DNA of 64,000 bases, taken from Eledone cirrhosa (lineage: Eukaryota). The position numbers and the translations under genes are program-made. How positions within the stretch are numbered: position 1 is the stretch's first letter; each line of letters begins with the position of its first letter. The notes beneath the pieces were generated by a model. The model saw only the letters and a list, made by a program, of their open reading frames with translations. It made no database searches and was not told the origin of the DNA. The stretch is taken from contig OZ024766.1 in NCBI GenBank assembly GCA_964016885.1, positions 16,368,001-16,432,000 of the forward strand, written 5' to 3'. Shown here in pieces: positions 15,001 to 25,997 of the stretch.

Positions 15001-16237
15001 ATGTCAGCTGACATACAGGTGTCCATGGCTGTCTTATTTAACTGGCTACTCCAGTGACTGCTCCTTCTAGTCCATTCTTCCAATGTCAGTTGCCATACAG
15101 GTGTCCATGGCTGTCTTATTTAACTGGCTACTCCAGTGACTGCTCCTTCTAGTCCATTCTACCAATGTCAGTTGTCATACAGGTGTCCATGGCTGTCTTA
15201 TTTAACTGGCTACTCCAGTGACTGCTCCTTCTAGTCCATTCTTCCAATGTCAGTTGTCATACAGGTGTCCATGGCTGTCTTATTTAACTGGCCTACTCCA
15301 GTGACTGCTCCTTCTAGTCCCTTCTTCCAATGTTAGTTGTCATACAGGTGTCCATGGCCGTCTTATTTAACTGGCTACTTCAGTGACTGCTCCTTCTAGT
15401 CCCTTCTTCCAATGTTAGTTGTCATACAGGAGTCCATGGCTGTCTTATTTAACTGGCTACTCCAGTGACTACTCCTTCTAGTCCCTTCTTCCAATGTTAG
15501 TTGTCATACAGGTGTCCATGGCTGTCTTATTTAGCTGGCTACTCCAGTGACTGCTGCTTCTAGTCTCTTCTTCCAATGTCAGTTGTCATACAGGTGTCCA
15601 TGGCTGTCTTATTTAACTGGCTACTCCAGTGACTGCTCCTTCTAGTCTCTTCTTCCAATGTCAGTTATCATACAGGTGTCCATGGCTGACTTATTTAACT
15701 GGCTACTCCAGTGATTGCCCCTTCTAGTCTCTTCTTCCAATGTCAGTTGTCATACAGGTGTCCATGGCTGTCTTATTTAACTGGCTACTCAAGTGACTGC
15801 TCCTTCTAGTCCATTCTTCCAATGTCAGTTGTCATACAGGAGTCCATGGCTGTCTTATTTAACTGGCTACTCAAGTGACTGCTCCTTCTAGTCCATTCTT
15901 CCAATGTCAGTTGTCATACAGGAGTCCATAGTTGTCTTATTTAACTGGCTACTCAAGTGACTGCTCCTTCTAGTCCATTCTTCCAATGTCAGTTGTCATA
16001 CAGGAGTCCATGGCTGTCTTATTTAACTGGCTACTCCAGTGACTGCTCCTTTTAGTCCCTTCTTCCAATGTCAGTTGTCATACAGGTGTCCATGGCTGTC
16101 TTATTTAACTGGCTACTCCAGTGACTGCTCCCTCTAGTCCCTTCTTCCAATGTCAGTTGTCATACAGGAGTCCATGGCTGTCTTATTTTACTGGCTACTC
16201 CAGTGACTGCCCCTTCTTGTCTCTTCTTCCAATGTCA
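1..16237 (-). repeat. 82-bp tandem satellite (~198 copies, truncated by window start), derived from Helitron coding sequence
   Basis: Unit ttcttccaatgtcagttgtcatacaggtgtccatggctgtcttatttaactggctactccagtgactgctccttctagtctc recurs at 1, 83, etc. and runs directly into the Helitron fragment at ~16240. Confidence 0.98.
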
Positions 16238-16655
16238 ATTGCCATGCAGGAGTTGATGTTCTTTAAATGCTTCTTGATATGTGCTGCACTCTTCCTCCAA
16301 ATCACCTGAGATCCTCAAATGTCGTTGGTCCTTGAACAATAAGCAGAAGTGGCTGTAAATAAAAACTCTCTCTGTTGTTGGGGTGGTCATTGTAAACATG
16401 CCCAATAGCATCACTTGCCTTGTCTTCATCACCTTCCACTAAATGACCCTGCTTCCTTTGATTCCAAGTCTTACAATTGGTCCAGGTGTAGTATTTTGGG
16501 ATGTCAGCATATAGGAGGGATCGAAGAAATTCTTTATTCTGGCAGAGTTTCAAAAAAGCAGTTAGAGTAGTGTCAGGTGGTGCTGGTGTCAACTGATGAG
16601 CAGTGGTTTCAGTGAAGTACACACTCTGTCCATTTTCTATATGTATAGAGATAAG
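16200..16655 (-). mobile_element. Helitron Rep/helicase pseudogene fragment (module copy 1)
   Basis: Translation HIENGQSVYF..PPDTTLTAF..LLYADIPKYYTW..WNQRKQG..IGHVY..ESFYLQPLL..GPTTFEDLR then (frameshift) TYQEAF..LL matches the conserved Helitron region between the Rep and PIF1 domains. Confidence 0.88.
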
Positions 16656-16679
16656 GATGAAAAGCAAAGTTAATCCCTC

Positions 16680-16935
16680 AGAGGTTAGCTTTGCCTTTCA
16701 TCCCTACGGCGTCGATAAAAGAAAGTACCAGTAATGTACTGGGGTATTGCTGGCCTTGTGCCTAATGTAGAAACAATTATTACGGGGTTGATAAAATATA
16801 GTACCAGTAATACACTAGGGTAATTGCTGACCTTGTGCCAAAAGTAGAAACAATTATTACGGGATCGATAAAATAAAGTACCAGTAATTCACTGATTTAT
16901 TTACTGGCCTTGTGCCAAAAGTAGAAACAATTATC
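16680..16935 (+). repeat. Truncated tRNA-SINE with its 3' part tandemly repeated (~63-65 bp units)
   Basis: gtcgataaaataaagtaccagt...gctggccttgtgcc..tagaaacaatta repeated; same sequence as the 3' half of the SINE at 18691. Confidence 0.75.
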
Positions 16936-17685
16936 ACCTTTCTTTTTAATAAATCACATCACTATAGAATTAAATACGATTGGAAACGTGTCTGAAGGTA
17001 CTAAATTATATCAGGGACTTTTCACGTTTGACACCGGCACGAGACTCGAAACATTCGCTAAGACACCGAGTACCTGCTGTCTTCGTTATAACTTTAATTA
17101 ATCTAATTATATCTTGTGTAACAATTATATATATATACACACACACAATTTTAATTCCCCGACATCAGTCTTACACTGTCATATCTATTCTTACTTTACA
17201 ATTGTGTCTACTAAGAGTTCCATTACAATCTGTAGTAGTAAAACTACTATTTCACCAGAACATCTGCTATCAGTCATTTATAGACAATATATATATATTT
17301 TAGACCACATATCAACCTAATATATATATATTTCCTATCAAATCTGTAGCTAAAGACATAAAGTCAGCCTCACTACTTCATTCTAACAAGATATCAATTT
17401 ATGACTAAAGATGAAGAAGATACACCAACGTTAATGTCGTGAAATAAAGCTGATAACATTGAAACTTCTAATTTGATAACAAAGAGATTATTTCTTTGGT
17501 TGTTTAGTAACAACTAACAAAACAATACATTGATTATATGTGAAGGAGGTAAGTTGACAAAGATTTACTTAATGTCTATATTAATGTGTGTAAATAATAT
17601 TATTATTTTAACCCTACAACGACCAGTAATTAACCAGATTCCACTGTTACATGTGATATAAAATATATTGTTATCATGACTGTCT

Positions 17686-18362
17686 TTATTATTTAAATTA
17701 CCTCCGTCTATTTAATTATCTTGTTCACTACCTTACATTATAAAATATAGTTTATATTTAGCTGTACCTTGTTGCTTTAAGTAAATTAAAGATATATTTA
17801 TTATTTAAATTACCTCCGTCTATTTAATTATCTTGTTCACTACCTTACATTATAAAATATAGTTTATATTTAGCTGTACCTTGTTGTTGCTTTCAGTAAA
17901 TTAAAGATATATTTATTATTTAAATTACCTCCGTCTATTTAATTATCTTGTTCACTACCTTACATTATAAAATATAGTTTATATTTAGCTGTACCTTGTT
18001 GCTTTAAGTAAATTAAAGATATATTTATTATTTAAATTACCTCCGTCTATTTAATTATCTTGTTCACTACCTTACATTATAAAATATAGTTTATATTTAG
18101 CTGTACCTTGTTATTGCTTTAAGTAAATTAAAGATATCTTTATTATTTAAATTACCTCCGTCTATTTACTTATCTTGTTCACTACCTTACATTATAAAAT
18201 ATAGTTTATATTTAGCTGTACCTTGTCATTGCTTTAAGTAAATTAAAGATATATTTATTATTTAAATTACCTCCGTCTATTTAATTATCTTGTTCACTAC
18301 CTTACATTATAAAATATAGTTTATATTTAGCTATACCTTGTTATTGCTTTAAGTAAATTAAT
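17686..18362 (+). repeat. 115-bp AT-rich intronic tandem repeat, ~6 copies
   Basis: Unit containing ttacctccgtctatttaattatcttgttcactacc; reverse complement of the array at 45968-51372. Confidence 0.95.
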
Positions 18363-18690
18363 ATTTTGTCTATTTTAGTCTAAACCTCTTACAATTTAAT
18401 TAACTTCATCTACTTGTGGTTGAACATTACTTTATTGTGGGTTTCATTTCATCGTAATTATGTCTGAGTTAGCCAGCCAAGTAGGGGTTTAGTATCTGTA
18501 TTTCAGGGAACTGCTTTGATGGTGAAGGGACATCTGTTGGTGTGGGATCTCGGTGGCTGTACATAATAAGGTTCTAATACTCTAAAGAGCTAGCTGAATA
18601 ACCGTCTGATACATGTCTTGTATACAGGATCATAAAGCCATGTATAGAAGAGCAGTCAGCAATGTCAGGATTAACATTCATTATAGTGAA

Positions 18691-18871
18691 GTGGCAGTAT
18701 CGGTAGAGAGTCGAACACCATGCTTTGAGGCACAGAGTTACGTCCCTTTATGATCTGAGTTCAAATCCCGCCGAGGTTAACTTTGCCTTACATCCATACG
18801 GGGTCGATAAAATAAAGTACCAGTAGTGTACTGGGTAATTGCTGGCCTTGTGCTTAAAATAGAAACAATTA
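18691..18871 (+). mobile_element. tRNA-derived SINE
   Basis: A-box-like tggcagtatcgg and B-box gagttcaaatcc; flanked by a direct repeat (tta(t/c)agtgaag) consistent with a TSD. Confidence 0.8.
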
Positions 18872-18939
18872 CAGTGAAGAATTTGGAGTGTAGTCTGGTG
18901 TCCACCAGGGCTCTGTTCTTAGCCCTCACTTAGTTATTA

Positions 18940-19535
18940 TCGTCCTGCAGCCTATAACAGAGATGTTTAAGACTGGCTGCCCATGGGAACTCCTGTATGC
19001 TCAGCAGGTCCTGAAGAATGCGGTCATGTGCATTTTCCAGGTCTATAAAACGATAATATATACCTCTTAGCAATACTCCCACGATTTCTCAAAGACGTGC
19101 CACAGTGTGAATATTTGGTGGGTTATGTTGCACCCAGGGAGAAAACAGCACTGTCTATCAGCTAGCTTGGACTCGCTACATCACTTTGCCAGAAACTTAG
19201 CATATACTTTACCAGGGAGGCTTAACAAGGTGATCCCTCTCTATTTGGAACAATCTCTCGTGTGTCCCTTTTTATAAATTGGGATTATCACTCCCGAGTG
19301 CCATTTCAGAGACCCAGTCCATCTGACACACATGAGTTGGTCACATTTGAGCTCTTTAATTGCTCTTGTGACCTCAGCCCCCGAGAGATTAGTCACCGCT
19401 ATCAGATTCACCACATGTACCTCCGAAGATGCTGTCGTGATCGGGTTTAGGAGATCAGCAAAGTATTCTCTCCACCTCATGAGGATCCATCTCTCTGAAG
19501 AGAAGAGAACCCCAGATGCACTCATGTTTGCAGGT
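18940..19535 (-). mobile_element. Old RTE-clade LINE RT fragment (pseudogene)
   Basis: RWREYFADLLN..EVTRAIKELK..IIPIYKKG..DCSK*RGITLLSLPGKVYAK..FIDLENA, with stops and deletions. Confidence 0.8.
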
Positions 19536-20072
19536 GTGGAGGAAGATTTCTTGTAACTAATTAAAAACTAAAATAATTTGATTTTTCAATAAAAAGTTTC
19601 CAGGGTTTATAGATGTAAAATTTCCACTGTTAAATCTATCTCTGCTTCTTAAGTATTCTCTATTATCTCATACTGTTTCTTTTTCATTTCAGAATATCAG
19701 ATGACATTGGGATAAATTATTATTTTCAATCTTGGATACATCACCTCTATTTATCATCATTTGAAGATTAAAACTTTTTAAACAGAACTTATGTAACACT
19801 GTTTATAAAAATCAATCAGAATTACTGTGATATATTTCCTCAGAACTGAGTTTAAAGACAAAATTCCTTTTCTTCACTGTGTGGTATATATATGAGAGAT
19901 ATATTTTGTATTTTAACTCAACTTCAATGACAAAGAAGTTTGCATCATCTTCAGGTATTAACTGAGATCATAATTGAGGGAAATATAACAGAAGAAATAT
20001 TTTTTAGGAATATAATATAAAAAATAGTAAAGAATAACATCTGTAAATTCTGCCAAGGGAAGAAGAATTATT

Positions 20073-21770
20073 ATGGAAAATAAATTGAGTGAAAAGAAGA
20101 TTAAATGTGAAACAATGTCTAAAGATATGGCTATTACAGAAGAGATGTCAAAGGATAGAGGAGAGAAGCCATATCGCTGTGATGTGTGTGGTAAATCATT
20201 CTCTGTTAGTAGTAAATTAACTACTCACATACGTACCCATACAGGAGAGAAGCCATATAACTGTGATATCTGTGGTAAATCATTCGCTCAAAGTAGTATA
20301 TTAACTAACCACATGCATATACATACAGGTGAGAAACCATATCGCTGTGATATCTGTGGTAAATCATTCTCTCTAAGTAGTATATTAACTTGTCACATAC
20401 GTACCCATACAGGTGACAAACCATATCACTGTGATATCTGTGGTAAATCATTCTCTGTTAGTAGTAAATTAACTAGTCACATACGTACCCATACAGGAGA
20501 GAAGCCATATAACTGTGATATCTGTGGTAAATCATTCTCTCAAAGTAGTATATTAACTAACCACATGCATATACATACAGGTGAGAAACCATATCGCTGT
20601 GATATCTGTGGTAAATCATTCTCTCTAAGTAGTATATTAACTTGTCACATACGTACCCATACAGGTGACAAACCATATCACTGTGATATCTGTGGTAAAT
20701 CATTCTCTGAAAGTGGTACCTTAACTAGCCACAAACGTACCCATAGAGGAGAGAAGCCATATCACTGTGATATCTGTGGTAAATCATTCTCTCGAAGTAG
20801 TTATTTAACTACACACAAACATATACATACAGGAGAGAAGCCATATCACTGTGATATCTGTGGTAAATCATTCTTTGTTAATAGTAAATTAACTAGACAC
20901 AAACGTATACATACAGGAGAGAAGCCATATCACTGTGATATCTGTGGTAAATCCTTCAATAAAAGTATTCACTTAACTACACACATGCGTATACATACAG
21001 GTGAGAAACCATATCACTGTGATATCTGTGGTAAATCATTCTCTTTTAGTCGTACATTAACTACTCACAAATGTATACAGACAGGAGAGAAGCCATATCA
21101 CTGTGATATCTGTGGTAAATCATTCTTTGTTAATAGTAATTTAACTAAACACAAATGTATACATACAGGAGAGAAGCCTTATCACTGTGATATCTGTGGT
21201 AAATCATTCTCTCAGAGTAGTGCCTTAACTAGACACAAACGTATACATACAGGAGAGAGGCCATATGACTGTGATATCTGTGGTAAATCATTCTCTCAAT
21301 GTGGTCACTTAACTAGCCACAAACATATACATACAGGAGAGAAGCCATATCACTGTGATATCTGTGGTAAATCATTCTCTCGAAGTGGTCACTTAACTAG
21401 CCACAAACGTATACATACAGTAGAGAAGCCATATCACTGTGATATCTGTGGTATATCATTCTCTCAATGTAGTCAAATAACTAGCCACAAACGTACCCAT
21501 ACAGGAGAGAAGCCTTATCACTGTGATATCTGTGGTAAATCATTCTCTCAAAGTGGTACCTTAACTAGCCACATACATACTCATACAGGAGACCAGCCTT
21601 ATCACTGTGATATCTGTGGTAGATCATTCTCTCAAAGTAGTCACTTAACTAAACACTTACGTATCCATACAGGTGAGAAGCCATATCGCTGTGATATCTG
21701 TGGTAAATCATTCTCTCAATTAAGTAGTTTAACTAGACACAAATATACCCATACCGGTAAGAAACCATAA
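20073..21770 (+). CDS. Poly-C2H2 zinc-finger protein, 565 aa, 19 fingers (finger 11 has H>Q)
   Basis: Open ORF of CxxC-12-HxxxH repeats with TGEKPY linkers after a ~33 aa leader. Confidence 0.95.
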   Translation: MENKLSEKKIKCETMSKDMAITEEMSKDRGEKPYRCDVCGKSFSVSSKLTTHIRTHTGEKPYNCDICGKSFAQSSILTNHMHIHTGEKPYRCDICGKSFSLSSILTCHIRTHTGDKPYHCDICGKSFSVSSKLTSHIRTHTGEKPYNCDICGKSFSQSSILTNHMHIHTGEKPYRCDICGKSFSLSSILTCHIRTHTGDKPYHCDICGKSFSESGTLTSHKRTHRGEKPYHCDICGKSFSRSSYLTTHKHIHTGEKPYHCDICGKSFFVNSKLTRHKRIHTGEKPYHCDICGKSFNKSIHLTTHMRIHTGEKPYHCDICGKSFSFSRTLTTHKCIQTGEKPYHCDICGKSFFVNSNLTKHKCIHTGEKPYHCDICGKSFSQSSALTRHKRIHTGERPYDCDICGKSFSQCGHLTSHKHIHTGEKPYHCDICGKSFSRSGHLTSHKRIHTVEKPYHCDICGISFSQCSQITSHKRTHTGEKPYHCDICGKSFSQSGTLTSHIHTHTGDQPYHCDICGRSFSQSSHLTKHLRIHTGEKPYRCDICGKSFSQLSSLTRHKYTHTGKKP

Positions 21771-22762
21771 CAAAGTCATATCTCATTGTCTCAAAATTGT
21801 AAATTAATTAGACACAAATACATTCATATGAGTGAGAAGCCATACCACTGTGATATTGTGGAGAAATTATTCTCTTGTATTGATACATTAACTACATACA
21901 AACATAAATATATACTGGAGAAAAGCCATATCACTGTGATATCTGTGGGAAATTGTTATCTATAAAAGCTAGCTTAACTAGACACAAACATACATACAGG
22001 AGATATACTATATCACTGTGATATCTGTGGGAAATCATTCTCTGAAATAAGTCACTTCACTCAGCATTAACATTTACAGAAAAGGAACCATATCACTGAG
22101 ATATCTGCAGTAAATCATTCTCTAAATGTGGCTTCACTAGACACTAACATATACAGGAGAGGAACCATATCACTGTGATATCTGCAGTAAATCCTTCTCT
22201 AAATGTTGTGGCTTCACTAGTCACTAATATACAGGAGAGGAACCATATCACTGATGTCTGTGGTAAATCCTTCTCTAAATGTTGTGGCTTCACTAGACAC
22301 TAATATACAGGAGAGGAACCATATCACTGATGTCTGTGGTAAATCCTTCCCTATATGTTGTGGCTTCACTACACACTAACATATACAGGAGAGGAACCAT
22401 ATCACTGTGATGTCTGTGGTAAATCATTTTCTAAATGTTGTGGCTTCACTACACACTAACATACAGGAGAGGAACCATATAATTGTGATGTCTGTGGTAA
22501 ATCCTTCCCTATATGTTGTGACTTTACTAGACACTAACATATACAGGAGAGGAACCATATCACTGTGATGTCTGTGGTAAATCATTTTCTAAATGTTGTG
22601 GCTTCACTACACACTAACATACAGGAGAGGAACCATATAATTGTGATGTCTGTGGTAAATCCTTCCCTATATGTTGTGACTTTACTAGACACTAACATAT
22701 ACAGGAAAGGAACCATATCACTGTGATGTCTGTGGTAAATCATTTTCTAAATGTTGTGGTAC
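21771..22762 (+). repeat. Degenerate zinc-finger repeats (~80 bp) in the 3' UTR
   Basis: About 12 frameshifted units of acaggagaggaaccatatcactgtgatgtctgtggtaaatc after the stop codon. Confidence 0.9.
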
Positions 22763-22859
22763 CAACATAAGGTTACTTAATGTTACACAAACACAATCAG
22801 ACAAGATAAAAACCATGTCACTCACCGAAAATAGTGCCACCAATGTTGTTAATGTCTTG

Positions 22860-22865
22860 AATAAA
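22860..22865 (+). terminator. Putative polyadenylation signal of ZNF copy 1
   Basis: AATAAA followed by T/GT-rich sequence; conserved (as tttatt on +) at ~32702, ~42687 and ~62301. Confidence 0.55.
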
Positions 22866-23196
22866 ACTTGTTTGTTCTGAAATTATTCTCCTTTCATTTT
22901 ATTTGTAGAAGTTGTAACCAAGACTTGTGCTGACAAATCTGTATGTTACAGAATTTACAAACACTGTATATATATATATATATGTGCCAAAACATCTATG
23001 ATCTCGGTTTACAGCTGATGAAGGGTTTCTTCTCTCCTTTCATCCATATTACCATCTTAAACTTTGTTTACAGTAACCACACAGCTCCTTTCGTTTCTTT
23101 TATATATATATGTATATAACAAAGGAGGTGTGGTAAAGAAACAGATGGACCATATACGTACCAGAGTACTCAATACTTACGGTAGTAGAATGGGTA

Positions 23197-23319
23197 ATAG
23201 GAAAATGTTTAACCCCGACGGCAGAGCTCAATCTGTTTCGACGGCTATTTCTGGAAACAGTCCAGACATAACCGTCGAAATGGCTTGAGCTCTGCCGTCG
23301 GGGTTAAACATTTTCCTAT
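23197..23319. repeat. 123-bp near-perfect hairpin (MITE-like)
   Basis: 35-bp perfect outer arms ataggaaaatgtttaaccccgacggcagagctcaa, a paired inner stem and a 5-nt loop; next to (TA)n. Confidence 0.9.
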
Positions 23320-23479
23320 ATATATATATACATATGTTTGAGTGTATATGTCAGTGTGTAGAAATTTCTGTCCATGAAAATGATTATCTTTATTTGTGTA
23401 TATGTGTGTATATATGTATGTGTATGTTTATATGTGTTCTTATATACATGTGTGCACATCTTGATATATTTTCAGTGTC

Positions 23480-23620
23480 TGTTCTAGTTCTCAGAGTACA
23501 AATCCCACTGAGGTAAAGTTGCTTCGATATTCTGAGGTCAATAAATGAAATACCAGTGAAATACTGGGGTGGTTAATTCCTCTTCTTTGTCATTGTCTGT
23601 TTGTCTACTCTTCTCTTTCT
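23480..23620 (+). mobile_element. Degenerate older SINE remnant
   Basis: gagtacaaatcccactgaggt...gtcaataaatgaaataccagt..actgggg resembles the SINE at 18691; present in all four modules. Confidence 0.45.
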
Positions 23621-23640
23621 CTGTATTTATATATATATAT

Positions 23641-23776
23641 AAAGACATGTGACATATCACCCGTAAAATAAGCTCCATGGAGCTTATTTTACGGGTGATA
23701 TGGCGCATGTCTTTCTGGCATGACACCCATAATTTGATTTAGATTAATTTTATTTTAATTTATCTTAATTTTGGAA
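23641..23776. repeat. Loop-less palindrome centred on CCATGG, one arm partly deleted
   Basis: Centre at 23677/23678; the full-length version is at 41718-41913. Confidence 0.9.
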
Positions 23777-24176
23777 ATATATATATAAATACGGCCCCTT
23801 AATTGTAGAGCTAACTCTGTTGAAAGGACCTGACTGCTGTTTCTAGTTGTCAATAACCCTATTCACGCCACTGGGACGAAGCTGGTATGATGTGTGTATT
23901 TTTAGTAGATACAGCACGTGTTACTGGTCAGTCGCTGATTTGAACTTGATGCGTAAACACAGATGGTTGGACTTCTTCCTTGTTGAGAATCCAAGATCTG
24001 GCTACTGTCGTTTACCAATTGATTAATTGGTTTTTCGATACGCACAGGGTCAGGTATGCAACGTTTGTTTGCTGCACCTGCCCGCCTGGGTCAATTGAAG
24101 CCATGTCTGGGATGCATGGTTATTCTACGGATGTTTTTTGCAGCACCTGCTATATATATATATATATATATGAGCG

Positions 24177-24271
24177 AGACACAGTCACCCGACCTAACTT
24201 GCTTCTAAATACGACAAACCCGTCCAACCCATGCTAGCATGGAAGATAGACATTAATCGATGATGATGATA
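24177..24271 (+). mobile_element. RTE-type 3' tail fragment
   Basis: aacccgtccaacccatgctagcatggaa...(gat)n, the same terminus as the LINE at 61780-61845. Confidence 0.65.
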
Positions 24272-24557
24272 TCTAGGGATTGTAACATTATTACCACAAG
24301 AGAAGTCTGAAAAGCTTTTGATTCCAGAGTCAGGCTAGATCAATACAGATCAAACCTTGAGCTGATCGATAGCAAAACGTGCTTCACTGCTCAATAAATG
24401 TAATGAAGACATGACAAATTGTCCTCTCGCTCTCTCTCTATATATAGAGAAAAGGTGAAGTTAGAAATAGCACGGAAAATATATTTTAGGGCCTGTTTTT
24501 CTGTTATATATCTTTTTATTCGTTAAAGTGACCCTATTGAAAAAATGGGAGGGACAT

Positions 24558-25027
24558 CATCATTCCATTTCACGTACGCTTTTTCCCTGCTTGCAAGGAT
24601 GGGACGGGAACTGATTGTGGCTTGATTTCTACAGCTGGATGCCCTTCCTAACGCCAACCTCATTTACAGTGAGTGCTGGGTGCTTTTTTGCCGTGGCACC
24701 TCCACGTCCACTTTACAGTGAGTGCCGGGTGCTTTTTTGCCGTGGCACCTCCACGACCACTTTACAGTGAGTGCCGGGTGCTTTTTTGCCGTGGCACCTC
24801 CACGACCACTTTACAGTGAGTGCTGGGTGCTTTTTTGCCGTGGCACCTCCACGACCACTTTACAGTGAGTGCTGGGTGCTTTTTTGCCGTGGCACCTCCA
24901 CGACCACTTTACAGTGAGAGCTGGGTGCTTTTTTGCTGTGGGAGGGTGTGGTGGCATATTGTCTATATGATTCAACTTCAGATTGTACCTGTGGGAAGTC
25001 GGGTCTTCTGTTTTACGGCATTACGTG
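24558..25027 (-). mobile_element. 3' end of an RTE LINE containing a 49-bp tandem repeat (~5.5 copies, 24663-24940)
   Basis: Reverse complement aligns by eye to 61500-61730 (end of the RTE ORF and its 3' UTR). Confidence 0.75.
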
Positions 25028-25129
25028 TGTATATATATATATATGTATATATCCCACTACCCACAACTCCCCCACCCCCATCAACACCACATCTTTCTCT
25101 GTAAAGTTATGTTGGTACCACAACATCCA

Positions 25130-25388
25130 GTCCTAAATAAATGAGGTCCTGTAGGTGTCACGACAAAAAAACACACAGTCCACGCTGTAATGTGGCTGTG
25201 TAGGTAACACGGTAAAAACCTCCCAGTCCACACTGTAAATGTGGTTGGCGTTAGGAAGGGTATCCAGCTATAGAAAACCTGCCAGACAGTCCTATACGAT
25301 CGAGACGAGCAATCTTGCCTCAAGTGGGACAATTACCGTCTAAACCCATGCTAGCGTGGAAGATGGACGTTAAACGATGATGATGATG
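25130..25388 (+). mobile_element. RTE-related SINE or LINE 3' fragment
   Basis: ggttggcgttaggaagggtatccagc...aacccatgctagcgtggaagatggacgttaaacgatgatgatgat. Confidence 0.6.
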
Positions 25389-25516
25389 CTAATAATATTA
25401 TTTTTAATTATATATGAGTTATATATAATTATAAATACTAGCAGAAAAACCACCGTACGAGTGATTTTCGGGTATGTTTATTTAAGCAATGGCCACCGGA
25501 AGCGTTGAAAATTTTA

Positions 25517-25832
25517 AAGAAGTGAATCTTTAAATAGACTAAATATATTTAATGAACAGCCACGAAATTTAGTAGATAAATTATGTAATATTTCAAGAAG
25601 TGAATCTTTAAATAAACAAAATATATTTAATGAACAGCCACGAAATTTAGTAGATAAATTATGTAATATTTCAAGAAGTGAATCTTTAAATAAACGAAAT
25701 ATATTTAATGAACAGCCACGAAATTTAGTAGATAAATTATGTAATATTTAAAGAAGTGAATCTTTAAATAAACAAAATATATTTAATGAACAGCCACGAA
25801 ATTTAGTAGATAAATTATGTAATATTCATTCA
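25517..25832 (+). repeat. 78-bp satellite, ~4 copies, inverted relative to the main array
   Basis: aagaagtgaatctttaaataaac..aatatatttaatgaacagccacgaaatttagtagataaattatgtaatatt. Confidence 0.93.
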
Positions 25833-25997
25833 TTATTTATTCAAAGTAATCCAACTTATTTTACAAACGGGATAAAAAAAAAAATAAACTGTACGCAGTC
25901 CCGCAGACCTTGCTTTATTATAGTTTAGATGAAAAGGTAGTACTAAGCACTGCCTAATTACCAGTAAGCTGTGATGTGATTTATTAAAAAGAAATAT

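Larger units (their letters stand above)
17549..19692 (+). other. Putative 5'-UTR intron of ZNF copy 1
   Basis: Donor GGAG|GTAAGT at 17549 and acceptor tttctttttcatttcAG at 19692. Both are conserved in copy 2 (37228..35363) and copy 3 (55717..44639). No transcript evidence. Confidence 0.6.

Noticed and set aside
1-16237. CRISPR-like or coding tandem array
   Set aside because: No unique spacers, the unit is not a multiple of 3 and contains stops, and the context is eukaryotic.
16980-17320. Short ORFs conserved in three modules (also 37428-37747 and 55917-56275)
   Set aside because: Non-ATG starts, microsatellite-derived low-complexity sequence and differing ends; conservation is explained by recent duplication.
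18691-18790. tRNA gene
   Set aside because: A and B boxes are present but there is no cloverleaf; it continues into a SINE body with a TSD.
21768-21900. Functional stop read-through extending the finger array
   Set aside because: The next finger lacks both cysteines and the following one is frameshifted.
16200-24940. Whole module as a Helitron-captured gene
   Set aside because: No 5'-TC or hairpin-CTRR termini were found at the module boundaries, and the Helitron part is an internal fragment truncated on both sides.
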